A stretch of DNA of 64,000 nucleotides from Candidatus Uhrbacteria bacterium (GCA_016206175.1 JACQSB010000018.1:1334-65333), one strand, 5' to 3'. Shown: positions 1 through 9,147, counted from the first letter of the stretch. Numbers and translations: made by a program. Notes: generated from the letters alone by a model not told the origin.

Positions 1-363
1 CCAATCGAGAACTGGCTGGCGAGTCTTGCGGCCCGCAAGTGCTTCGAGCTTTTGCTCGAGCTTCTTGCGCTCGATCTCACCCTCGGCTTTGGCGATCCTT
101 TCGCGAAGTACGCGATGGATCAGCCGGATGCTCTTGAAAAGCACCCATGCCGACAGAAGTTTCCCCAGGGTGTAGTCCCAGACCCACCAAAAAAACGGCT
201 TGGTAACCTCGAAGCCGTCCTTTTCAAGATAGACGATCTCAACGCCGTCGGTTTCGACGCGCGTTGCGGCCTTGTGCTCGACCCCGAAAAGCGGGATCTG
301 CGGCCCTAGTTTATAACTTCCAATATCGACCATGCCAATTCCGGTCTGTACATTGACCGCCAT
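1..363 (-). CDS. hypothetical protein, partial (continues beyond left edge)
   Basis: Not in the ORF track because there is no stop in the window. The reverse strand has ATG at 363..361, then MAVNVQTGIGMVDIGSYKLGPQIPLFGVEHK..., open to position 1. An AGGGGGG SD-like run lies just upstream. GC-rich. Confidence 0.45.
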   Translation of the reverse strand, partial: MAVNVQTGIGMVDIGSYKLGPQIPLFGVEHKAATRVETDGVEIVYLEKDGFEVTKPFFWWVWDYTLGKLLSAWVLFKSIRLIHRVLRERIAKAEGEIERKKLEQKLEALAGRKTRQPVLDW

Positions 364-652
364 GGGTCCCCCCTTTCATGGGTTTCAAGTTTGTTTGCCA
401 ACGACCGCTGCCAGCAGAGATTTCTTGATCCTCCATTGTGCGCAGTGCACAAAAAACAAGAAAACCTCTTGGTATTGCGTTTAATTAAACCCTATCTAGT
501 ATGATTTGTCAAGCTCAAATGGACTATTTTCCTTATAATCAAAACAAATCTTAATTTGAGTCTGTAGAAAAACGTCCTTTTTCTGACCAATGATGAATAT
601 CTCTATATAGGCGATGTGGCGTCAGTATAGTGCGCAAGCAGTAAACGTCTTC

Positions 653-2440
653 TCATTGCGTCGGCAGTGCGGCTTTGCTTTCTTCTTTCGGACTTTCTTG
701 CGGAGCGGGATCCACTGTTTCTTCTTGAGTCGGCTGTTCCGTTGATACTGTCTCTTGCGCGCTCTGCGCGGCTAGCTCTGGTTTTACAGAGGCAGAGCTG
801 CATGCTTCTGCGATATTTTGTAATGCGCCATTAGATACCACAACGCAAAATGGCGCACCGGTCTCTGTGTCATACAGCTGGATACCGTGAGGACGGTCTG
901 CAGATCCTACGGTAAACGATTCTGTCTGTATCGATGATGCAAACAGTTTCTGTACGCGCATTACCCCGTCTTCGATCGCAACACCTACTGATGCAAGCGT
1001 GCTGCGCAGCCACGAAAGATCGATCGAGAGTATTTGCTGTGAAAGCGCTTGTATTGCCAAAAGCGCAATGCCAGAAGGATCAATCGTGGAAATGGAGCGC
1101 ATGCCCTCGATACCGCCAACGCCGAAAGCTGCATAAAATTCCTCTGCGACAGGGCCGATATGGGTGGTGTCAGAGCTGTCTGCTTTGTAGTTCCATCTTG
1201 TGATCTTAAGTTGATTCACTTTTTTAAGCATGTCGCCTGCATCAAGATCAGCAAAATTTTCTTTTAATGCTCTGCTCGATGCGTTGGTCCATGTGCCGCC
1301 TCCGGAAAGGTAAGCGCCTGACTCGGTATCAATGATGCGGTTTGCAGTAATGGCAGCGTTTTGGCCGACAGCGGGGGTTCCGAGATACAAAGTTGCCGCG
1401 CTGGATACTGTTTGCCCGGGCACTTCTCCGGTAACTGTGGGTGCGTCAATGGTCATTGCGCGAGCATATGGGTGCGTGCTGGTGCCAGTGCCTTGCAGCG
1501 TTATCGACGGCTCGGCGACATGCAATCCTTTGATTGGCGCATCCGCTCGGCCCGCCATGCTCAACGCAACAGTGACAGCACCACGTAAGCTCGTCTCGCC
1601 GTCAGTTGCCAGTGAAGAGAATTCGGCTTCTTCACTTTTCAATGACTCTGAATTCAATGCTGTGGCTGTAAAAGATGTCGCTCCTTCAGAATCAATGATT
1701 GCGGGTATATAGTGCTGCTGAATGCCATCAATGCCCGGCAATCCATTCAAGTTTTGCGATGTTCCTGGCGTACCTGCAGGTCCGGTATCCCCTTTTTTGC
1801 CTTGCGGACCCGTAAGGGCGCCGGAAGCGACAAGAGCGTCAATATACGAACGCACCGCTGAGTCCATTTCCTTGCGGAGCGTAGGGGCATCTATGGAAGC
1901 GGTACCAACTGCAACAATCTGCGTGGAGTCGCCCTCATCGCCGGCACTTTGCATCTCGCTATCTTTGCCTTGATGATCTGTTGCTAAAAGGCTTACTTTC
2001 TTTACTGATCCATCTGTTCCAGATTCGCCCTTCGGACCCCTTGGACCCCTCTCTCCCCTACCACCTTTTTCACCGCGAGGTCCTTGATCTCCCTTTGGCC
2101 CGGGAACACCTCGCAAAGCACCGGAAGAAGCTAATGAGTCAATGTATGTAGAAACCATAGTACTCATTTGTTCTTCATGGTCCTCGCTTATCTCTCCTTG
2201 ATTGTGTCCATGATCCCCATGGATATCCTCTTCTCCTGTTGTTGAAACATGAAACTCGCGGAATACCTTCCCAACCTCTTGTTCAACGAGTACCTGAATC
2301 GCTCCCGGCGACAACGTGGAATGTGCAACTTCCAAGTCAACCGCCTTTTGGGTATAGAATGCATGGATCGGGAATGAGGAAAGCACAAACACCAGGGCTG
2401 CAGGCGCTACAAAAAATGCGGAATAATGATTCCATTTCAT
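653..2440 (-). CDS. secreted collagen-like repeat protein with C-terminal peptidase S74 intramolecular-chaperone (tail-fibre type) domain
   Basis: ORF 653..2545. Likely start is ATG 2440 (MKWNHYSAFFVAPAALVFVLSS, AAGGA RBS upstream). Two G-X-Y tracts (GPKGDQGPRGEKGGRGERGPRGPKGESG; GPQGKKGDTGPAGTPG). His/acid tract EEDIHGDHGHNQGEISEDHEE. SSRALKENF...IGPVAEEF...LLAIQAL matches the S74 autoprocessing signature. Confidence 0.8.
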   Translation of the reverse strand: MKWNHYSAFFVAPAALVFVLSSFPIHAFYTQKAVDLEVAHSTLSPGAIQVLVEQEVGKVFREFHVSTTGEEDIHGDHGHNQGEISEDHEEQMSTMVSTYIDSLASSGALRGVPGPKGDQGPRGEKGGRGERGPRGPKGESGTDGSVKKVSLLATDHQGKDSEMQSAGDEGDSTQIVAVGTASIDAPTLRKEMDSAVRSYIDALVASGALTGPQGKKGDTGPAGTPGTSQNLNGLPGIDGIQQHYIPAIIDSEGATSFTATALNSESLKSEEAEFSSLATDGETSLRGAVTVALSMAGRADAPIKGLHVAEPSITLQGTGTSTHPYARAMTIDAPTVTGEVPGQTVSSAATLYLGTPAVGQNAAITANRIIDTESGAYLSGGGTWTNASSRALKENFADLDAGDMLKKVNQLKITRWNYKADSSDTTHIGPVAEEFYAAFGVGGIEGMRSISTIDPSGIALLAIQALSQQILSIDLSWLRSTLASVGVAIEDGVMRVQKLFASSIQTESFTVGSADRPHGIQLYDTETGAPFCVVVSNGALQNIAEACSSASVKPELAAQSAQETVSTEQPTQEETVDPAPQESPKEESKAALPTQ

Positions 2441-2463
2441 ATATTTCCTTGATAAATTATTAT

Positions 2464-2509
2464 TGCAACTTAGTTGCAGTAACTTACCCCAAAACTTATC
2501 AACCGTCAA
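2464..2509 (-). promoter_or_regulatory. candidate promoter (-35 TTGACG, 17 nt, -10 TAAGTT) with palindromic operator TGCAACTTAGTTGCA
   Basis: Perfect 7-1-7 palindrome at 2464..2478. It lies 2 nt downstream of the -10 (2481..2486) and about 25 nt before start codon 2440. It matches 14 of 15 nt of the znuA operator at 19583..19597. Confidence 0.45.
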
Positions 2510-2645
2510 GGCAATGCCCTGTGGATAGATGCAACTTTGGTGCAATAACGATAATTACGTTCACTGGCACAAGATAGAGAAACGATAGAAACGCTCATCT
2601 ATCCGACTGGTGGGCAAAAAATGAAAATGGAAGAAAACGACGTAA

Positions 2646-2981
2646 CTATCTTGTAGCGTTTCGCGCGGCGAGGCCGTATGCGAGAAAATCTTTCCGAAGC
2701 TGCTCGGCCGTGATACCGTACTCGTTGTTTCCAAACAAGTAGTCGCTGAACACTTCGCGAGTGCGCAGCAGCTCCTTGAGCCGCATACGCCACTTCGGAT
2801 CCTGTACCGTCAGGTCTATAAGCTCAAGCGCGCGCTCAAACGCCGCGGTGAATCGCGCCGTATCGCCACGCTCATGCGCACGCAGCGTCCGCTCGACTTC
2901 GCTTCCGATGTTTCCGAGTTGCTCCATCGAAGAAAGCTCAAACCACTTCCCGGCAGCCAATTGTTCGTGAATAAAATCCAT
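2646..2981 (-). CDS. hypothetical all-alpha protein (111 aa)
   Basis: Clean ORF whose start lies 1 nt after the stop of the upstream gene (TGAtATG coupling). No motif I can name with confidence. Confidence 0.6.
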   Translation of the reverse strand: MDFIHEQLAAGKWFELSSMEQLGNIGSEVERTLRAHERGDTARFTAAFERALELIDLTVQDPKWRMRLKELLRTREVFSDYLFGNNEYGITAEQLRKDFLAYGLAARNATR

Positions 2982-2982
2982 A

Positions 2983-3333
2983 TCATTTTTTCACCAGCAT
3001 CGCAACGACAGCCCTGATTTTCCCTCGTATCTCTTCGCTCTCAACATCCCTCGAACGGTTCCCTTGCCGCGGGCGAATATTAATCATGGAGTCATACTCA
3101 ATCCATTCGTCATCTAAGGCGTTGGGATAGAGGTTGATTCCCCAGAGGTCTTCCTGACGGGAACCGTTTTCCAAAAGCACGCGCTCCAAATCAGCATGTA
3201 ACTCCGCATGCACAGCCATGATCCTCCTTGACACATCAACAACGCCCTTCACGTAGTCGCCGAAAAGCTGCCGCGACATTATGTGAAGATCATCTTTTGC
3301 TATCGAATCGGTAACAATTTTCGTTTGATCCAT
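2983..3333 (-). CDS. DUF5674-like small protein (116 aa)
   Basis: The pattern GDYVKGVVDV...IMAVHAELHADLE..LLENGSRQEDLWGINLYP...IEYDSMINIRP.QGNRSR resembles, from memory, the uncharacterised family annotated DUF5674. Confidence 0.55.
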   Translation of the reverse strand: MDQTKIVTDSIAKDDLHIMSRQLFGDYVKGVVDVSRRIMAVHAELHADLERVLLENGSRQEDLWGINLYPNALDDEWIEYDSMINIRPRQGNRSRDVESEEIRGKIRAVVAMLVKK

Positions 3334-3456
3334 AAACGAGGATTACTGCATTCATCCTTCCATCAAAATCCCTTACAGTCAATTTTTCATATAGAAAATG
3401 GATGTGGGAAGCTGTAACGAACAAGTTGTGTCTAGAATGGTTTTTGCGCTTTTTCA

Positions 3457-4722
3457 CTAAAACCGATGGCGGCGGAAAGGTTTTTTGCGTGAACGCTTTT
3501 TATGGGGGTTTCCCCTTCCATACGGTGTTCGCGGCTGGCGGGAATCTTGGTTACGGTCAGAAATGAATCCTGCAGAAAGCGATGGGGTCTGCGAGGCACG
3601 AATCACTTTCTTGATCAACCGCTCAATTTGCTTGACATCCCGTTTTTGGTCAAAGGTCGCAAACGAAATGGCGTGTCCAGGGTGGCCCGCGCGTCCAGTC
3701 CGACCGATACGGTGCACATAATCTTCAGGCTGTTCGGGCAGATCATAATTGACGACAAGCTGAATTCCCTTCACGTCAATTCCGCGCGCGGCAATGTCAG
3801 TTGCCAGAAGGATACGGTACTTGCCAATTTTGAATCCTTCCAACGCTTCAAGCCGTTGATTGAGTGTTCGGTTTGAATGGATCTCCGCGGCACGTTCTCC
3901 AGAACTTCTTATAACGCGCGTGATTTTTTTTACGCTGTGTTTTGTTCGGCAAAATACCAATACGCTTCCTTTATATTCAGAAAGTAAGGTTGAGAGCAGT
4001 AAGAGCTTTTCCGTATTCTTTACAAAGAATACCTCCTGATCAATACCCTCAATGGTAGAGCCGGCAGGAGCGACTTCAATGCGCAGCGGAAGCGACATAT
4101 ACGACTGCGCTATTTTGACAACCTCGTGAGGCATTGTTGCCGAGAAAAGGAGTGTCTGACGTTTCTGTGGGACGTTTTTGAGAATACGCTGAATTTGAGG
4201 CGCAAAACCCATATCAAGCATCCGGTCGGCCTCATCGAGAACGACGATCGATGCACGATCAAGCGAGAGTCGCTTGCCATCGAGATGGTCATTGAGCCTG
4301 CCGGGTGTCCCGATTATAACGTGAGGGCGCTGTTCTATTGCCCTTACTTGCCGGCGCATATCCTCTCCACCAATAAGCACTGCCGCGCGCAAACCCAACG
4401 GGCCGCCGATTTTTTTTATTGTTTCGTGAACCTGTACCGCGAGCTCGCGCGTAGGCAAAATGACGAGTCCGATTGCCGCACCATTACCCAACGCAATTCT
4501 TTGAATCATGGGGATGCCGAACGCGAGCGTTTTGCCAGTACCGGTTTGCGCAATGCCCATGATGTCCTTGCCTTCGAGAGCGGGAGGAATAGATTTGAGT
4601 TGAATTGGTGTCGGTGCGGTGAACTTATATCGAAAGAGAATCTCAAGTATTTTTGGCGCAATACCAAGATCCTCAAACCCTGCCGTTCTGCCATGTGGAT
4701 TCATAGTCGTATTATCGTACAA
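3457..4722 (-). CDS. DEAD-box ATP-dependent RNA helicase
   Basis: Q-motif region, AQTGTGKT (motif I), VLDEADRM (DEAD), SAT, HRIGRTGRAG (motif VI) and a basic C-terminal tail. Confidence 0.92.
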   Translation of the reverse strand: MYDNTTMNPHGRTAGFEDLGIAPKILEILFRYKFTAPTPIQLKSIPPALEGKDIMGIAQTGTGKTLAFGIPMIQRIALGNGAAIGLVILPTRELAVQVHETIKKIGGPLGLRAAVLIGGEDMRRQVRAIEQRPHVIIGTPGRLNDHLDGKRLSLDRASIVVLDEADRMLDMGFAPQIQRILKNVPQKRQTLLFSATMPHEVVKIAQSYMSLPLRIEVAPAGSTIEGIDQEVFFVKNTEKLLLLSTLLSEYKGSVLVFCRTKHSVKKITRVIRSSGERAAEIHSNRTLNQRLEALEGFKIGKYRILLATDIAARGIDVKGIQLVVNYDLPEQPEDYVHRIGRTGRAGHPGHAISFATFDQKRDVKQIERLIKKVIRASQTPSLSAGFISDRNQDSRQPRTPYGRGNPHKKRSRKKPFRRHRF

Positions 4723-4833
4723 AAAACGAGCGCATCATTCGACTCTCCCAGAGAGATCGAAACAATGAAAGAGTAGCATATACAAAGAAAAGCACAACGA
4801 CTTAGCAATCAAATTGCTCACCATCGATGTAAG

Positions 4834-4864
4834 TAAAAAGAAACCTCGCAGACAGACTGCGAGG
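4834..4864 (-). terminator. intrinsic terminator after the proS/FAD-oxidoreductase pair
   Basis: Minus strand reads CCTCGCAG-tctgt-CTGCGAGG (8-bp stem) followed by TTTCTTTTT, 10 nt after the stop at 4874. Confidence 0.65.
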
Positions 4865-4873
4865 CGAAAGAAA

Positions 4874-6151
4874 CTAAAGAACGAGACCTTCTCCGTGCTT
4901 GAATTCACGGTCAACGGCAAACGCGCTCGCGTCGACTTCCCCGAGCCCAAAGGGGAGATCGAAGACCGAGACGTTCTCGCGCGCAGCCACAAGGTGCGCG
5001 ACGATTGTAGCCGTAAACGGAGCATGCATGACCCCGTGGCCGCTGAACCCAGAAGCGTGGATGAGGTTCGGCACGAACGGATCGTACCCGATGAGCGGAT
5101 TGTGGTCGGGGGTGACATCGTAGTACCCGCACGACACCCCACTCATCCGTGCCATCTCCGTGATGGCGGGAATGTAACCCTCGAGCTCCTTACGGATCGC
5201 TCCGCCGAGCCCGTCCGGATTCGAATAATGGAAACCGGATTGAATTTCATCCTGTCCTTCGAAGGTCGGCACCTCCTCTGGCGTATGATGCCCCCAGCCG
5301 GCCATCAGTTGTGTCCGCGCCTCCGGGCGGCAATACGCGCCCCGCGGGGTTATGACCATAGGCATCTGGTGGATGTTTGCGGCGTTTAGGCCGCATTCAT
5401 CCTTCTCGCCCATGCCGGGAAGAAAGTACAGATACCGCCGCCTCGTCGAGATCGGTAGCTCGTACCCACCGCACATGCGCGAGATCGCCGGCGCCCAGTT
5501 GCTTGCCGCATTGACGAAGAGAGTACCGGGATACTTCCGGCCGTTCTTGGCGCTGACGCTCACGATCCGTCCGTCCTCGACAGTTGCGTCGACGACTTCG
5601 GCGTTGGTGATGATGTCGGCCCCAAGCTCCGCTGCAGCAGCAGCTGCACCCTGGTAAATGAGATCAGGGTGCAAAAAACCGTCCGTCGGGCACCATGTGG
5701 CGCCGATGAGACCGGTCGTGTCGATGTATGGAAATTGATCGAAGATCTCTCCCTTCGTCAGGAAAGTAACTTCCGCCAACCCCGCTTCCTGCTGCATCTT
5801 GATCTGGCTGCGCAACGAATCGGGATCCGTGCGAAGGTCATACATGAAGAGATATCCGTTCTGCTCGATCGGGGACTGAACGCCACCGATGAGCTCTTCC
5901 CACTTCTTGTAAAAATCCACGGCATACCGCAAACCGCGAACCGTGGTCGGAGTCGTGAACTGCTGCCTGATGCAAGCAGCAGAACGCGAACTCGCACCGT
6001 TACCGAGCTGACGCGCTTCAAGCAGCATCACTTGGTGGCCGGCACGCTGGAGCTCCCAGGCACACAACGTGCCCGAGACGCCCCCGCCGATGACTACCAC
6101 ATGCTGCTTCGCGCCCCGCGGCGGCGGGTGCACCACAGAGTGAATACTCAT
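4874..6151 (-). CDS. FAD-dependent oxidoreductase (DAO / sarcosine-oxidase-beta-like family)
   Basis: N-terminal dinucleotide fold VVVIGGGVSGTLCAWELQRAGHQVMLLEA. Length and layout are typical of the glycine/D-amino-acid oxidase family. GC-rich. Confidence 0.8.
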   Translation of the reverse strand: MSIHSVVHPPPRGAKQHVVVIGGGVSGTLCAWELQRAGHQVMLLEARQLGNGASSRSAACIRQQFTTPTTVRGLRYAVDFYKKWEELIGGVQSPIEQNGYLFMYDLRTDPDSLRSQIKMQQEAGLAEVTFLTKGEIFDQFPYIDTTGLIGATWCPTDGFLHPDLIYQGAAAAAAELGADIITNAEVVDATVEDGRIVSVSAKNGRKYPGTLFVNAASNWAPAISRMCGGYELPISTRRRYLYFLPGMGEKDECGLNAANIHQMPMVITPRGAYCRPEARTQLMAGWGHHTPEEVPTFEGQDEIQSGFHYSNPDGLGGAIRKELEGYIPAITEMARMSGVSCGYYDVTPDHNPLIGYDPFVPNLIHASGFSGHGVMHAPFTATIVAHLVAARENVSVFDLPFGLGEVDASAFAVDREFKHGEGLVL

Positions 6152-6186
6152 TTACCTTTCCTTGTCCTTTCGTATCGAGGGTTGGG

Positions 6187-7953
6187 TCAGTTATCACGCT
6201 CGTTGAGCTCGCGGCAGAACGCCTCGAGTTCTTCGATGGTCATGGTTGCCGTCGGCAAAGACCCGGGCTTGGAAACACTGAATCGGGCATCAGCGCTAGC
6301 AGCTTGCCGGAAGCGCACCTCGAGCTTGTGTTCTTGTTCCCATGTCCTGCCAACGAGTACCTGAAGCGGGATTCCGAGGAGTTCGGCATCCGTCAGCTTT
6401 TCGCCGATCCGCAGATCGCGATCGTCGATCAGCATGCGCAGATCCGAGTCGGACTGCAGCTGCTGGTAGATACTTTCTGCTTCAGCGCCGTTCTTCTCCG
6501 CGTTGACGGGGATAACGACGATGTGGAATGGCGTGAGGCTCCACGGCCAGATGATGCCACGCTCGTCATTGTGTTGCTCCACGATCGCTTGCACGATGCG
6601 CGAAACGCCAATGCCGTAGCAGCCCATCCAGTAGGGAGTTTTCTTGCCGAGCTCTGACGCGTAGCATGCGTCCATTGGTTCGGAGTACACCTGTTGAAGT
6701 TGGAAGATGTGGCCGAGTTCGATCCCCCGCTTCTCGACGAGCTGGCTCGTCTTGCAGTTCGGACAGTGCTGTCCCGCGACTGCTTTGGAGAGATCATGGT
6801 ATTCCGTGATTCGCGGAAAATCTCTGCCGGGGTTCACGTTGATGAAGTGAATGTCCTCTTCGTTTGCCCCGCACAAGAAATTCCGCAGGCCTTGCACTGA
6901 CCGATCGAAGAAGTACCGCACATTTGTCTTGCCGTACAGGTTGATCGGTCCGGCGAAGCCGACAGGAGCGCCAGTGACAGTCTGCACTGTTTCGGCATCC
7001 GCTGTTACCACTTCTTTTGCTCCGAGAAGATTCGCGAGCTTGATCTCGCTGATCTCGAGGTCACCGCGCATGGTGACGATCACCGGTTTCCCATCAGCAG
7101 CCATTACGATAGTCTTCGCCATCTTGGATGCAGGAATACCGGTGAACTCCTCGAGCTCTTGCACCGTACGAATGTTGGGAGTGGGCAGCTTCACGAGATC
7201 GGCAAACGCTTCTTCGGGATACCCCGGATAGTGCGCCGATGCCTTTTCCTGATTGCCGCCGTAATGGCACGCGGGACAGTACAGGAGGATATCCTCGCCG
7301 AACTCCGTGACCGCCATGAACTCCGCGCTGCCCGAGCCGCCGATGGCGCCCGAGTCAGCCTCGACCTCGATATAGTTGAAGCCGCACCGCGTGAACACAC
7401 GGTTGTAAGCGGCTTCCATCGTGTCATAGGCCTGCTTCATTGCCGCCGGATCTGCGCCGAAGGACTAGGCATCCTTCATGATGAATTCCCTACCCCGAAT
7501 CAATCCTTGGCGGGGCCGCAGTTCGTCGCGGAACTTCGGTCCCATTTGCCACAAGGTGATCGGCAGATCGCGGAAGCTCTGAAGCGTCGTACGGGCGAAG
7601 TGAGTGATCACTTCTTCCGCTGTCGGAGACATGAGAAACTCCGCGCCCTTGCGGTCCATGACCTGAAACGCGGTGTTGCTCTGGATGTACTTGTCCCACC
7701 TGCGGGTTTCTTCCCACAGGCTCCGTGGCTGCAGGATCGGCAACTCGAGCTCAACAGCGCCTGCGCGCTGCATTTCTTGCCGCACGATTGCTTCCACGTT
7801 CCGTCTGACCGCAAGGCCAAGCGGAGCCATGGTCCATACGCCGCTCGCCACCTGGGTCATAAACCCGGCCCGGATGAGCAAGCGCGTCCCCGGCGACGGA
7901 ACGTCTGCCGGGTCATCTCTCCTTGTTTTTGGGTAAAGCTTGCTGTAGTGCAT
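6187..7953 (-). pseudogene. proS: prolyl-tRNA synthetase interrupted by one in-frame TAG (7465..7467)
   Basis: Track ORFs 7465..7986 and 6187..7440 are in the same frame. The read-through is ...REFIMKDA*SFGADPAAMKQAYD.... Bacterial-type ProRS with an editing insertion. Likely start is ATG 7953 (MHYSKLY) with a GGAG RBS. Confidence 0.85.
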
Positions 7954-8082
7954 TTCTCCTTTTCCCTTCCGATGAAAACCTAGCATGCCAGGCTTTCATA
8001 TAATTTCCTTACAATGACACTATTTCAAAGGGCTCATGGTTGAGCCTAGGGTGCAATAATGTCGTTGTCAAGGAGTGCTGAA

Positions 8083-9147
8083 TCACTTCAATAGAATAAG
8101 ATTATCAGTATGAATAAGCTCTAAACCGTGAATTTTTTCCGTGCCAAGAAGTGGAATAAGTTCATCGGAAGATATTTTTACTAAACCGACGGCAATGCTA
8201 TGTTTTTGCGCGTTAATGATTTCGATGATCTCGCTAAGTCCAAATTGTCCAAATACCCGTTTCACGCCTACCGCAAGCAAGCTCTTGCCACGCAGCAATG
8301 CTTTTTCCGCCCCTTCGTCAATTTCAATACTTCCGCTGGAGTTTTTTGCCGCAAGCATCCATCGTTCTCGTTCCTTCAGTTTACTGCGAAAATGCCGAGC
8401 ATGGAATACCGTACCGACTTTCTCCCCTTTCAACGCGCGCGCGAGGTTGCCGGTCACACACCCGTTGACGAGCTGCACTTCGATGCCCACCGCGTTGCAG
8501 AGCCGGGCTGTTTTCACTTTTGAAAGCATGCCGCCTCGTCCGCCGGCAGAGATTTTTCCCGATATCACTTTGAGCAATATCGTATTTGCATCATCAACAT
8601 CGCTGATGAGCTGTGCGCCAACACCCAACGAAGGATTCTTGTCATAGAGACCATCGACATTCGTGAGGACGATTACTTTTTTTACATTGAGAAAAATTGC
8701 AAGCGCTCCGGCGAGGCTATCGTTGTCTCCAAAGCTTGTCCCCGTACCCGCTGTCACCGCGTCGTTTTCATTGATGATCGGTATCACTCCGCGTAAGACA
8801 AGTTCTTTTATGATTTTTTGGATATTCTTGCCATTGTCCCGCTCAATGAGATCAACACGTGTCAACAAAATCTCAGCAAGGCGACATTCCTGCTCGCGGG
8901 CAACTTTTGCGTACTCACCAAAAAGCGCGGGCTGCCCCACGCTCGCGGCAGTCGCGATAGATGCGCGAGCATCATCAAGTATATGGCGTCCGTATTTCGT
9001 CGCTCCAGAACTTACCAGCACGATCGTAATGCCTCGTTTAGCAGCATATGCGATCGTCGACAATAAATCTTGAATGACTTCACGCCGCACGCGACCGTCG
9101 GATGCAATCAAGGTATCCGAGCCAACTTTTACAATAATCATTTCCAC
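8083..9147 (-). CDS. proB: glutamate 5-kinase with PUA domain
   Basis: IVKVGS...VSSGA amino-acid-kinase fold and a C-terminal PUA-like segment (GSIEIDEGAEKALLRGKSLLAVGV). Adjacent to proA. Confidence 0.9.
   Translation of the reverse strand: MEMIIVKVGSDTLIASDGRVRREVIQDLLSTIAYAAKRGITIVLVSSGATKYGRHILDDARASIATAASVGQPALFGEYAKVAREQECRLAEILLTRVDLIERDNGKNIQKIIKELVLRGVIPIINENDAVTAGTGTSFGDNDSLAGALAIFLNVKKVIVLTNVDGLYDKNPSLGVGAQLISDVDDANTILLKVISGKISAGGRGGMLSKVKTARLCNAVGIEVQLVNGCVTGNLARALKGEKVGTVFHARHFRSKLKERERWMLAAKNSSGSIEIDEGAEKALLRGKSLLAVGVKRVFGQFGLSEIIEIINAQKHSIAVGLVKISSDELIPLLGTEKIHGLELIHTDNLILLK

Noticed and set aside
653-2545. Prophage call based on the tail-fibre-like S74/collagen protein
   Set aside because: No capsid, portal, terminase, integrase or lysis genes lie within the adjacent ~10 kb in the window. 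The left flank is only partly visible, so the question is left open in the findings.
2646-2981. HEPN toxin call based on an Rx4H match (RTLRAH)
   Set aside because: The match lies in the N-terminal third rather than the usual C-terminal position. The partner protein has no minimal-nucleotidyltransferase GS...DxD motif. The match is probably coincidental.
7465-7467. Genome-wide reassignment of TAG to a sense codon as the explanation for the proS interruption
   Set aside because: TAG terminates many well-defined ORFs at sensible positions: 2646, 3457 (followed immediately by TGA), 4874, 11982, 13634, 15375, 21556 and 22039. A local error, nonsense allele or local readthrough is more parsimonious.
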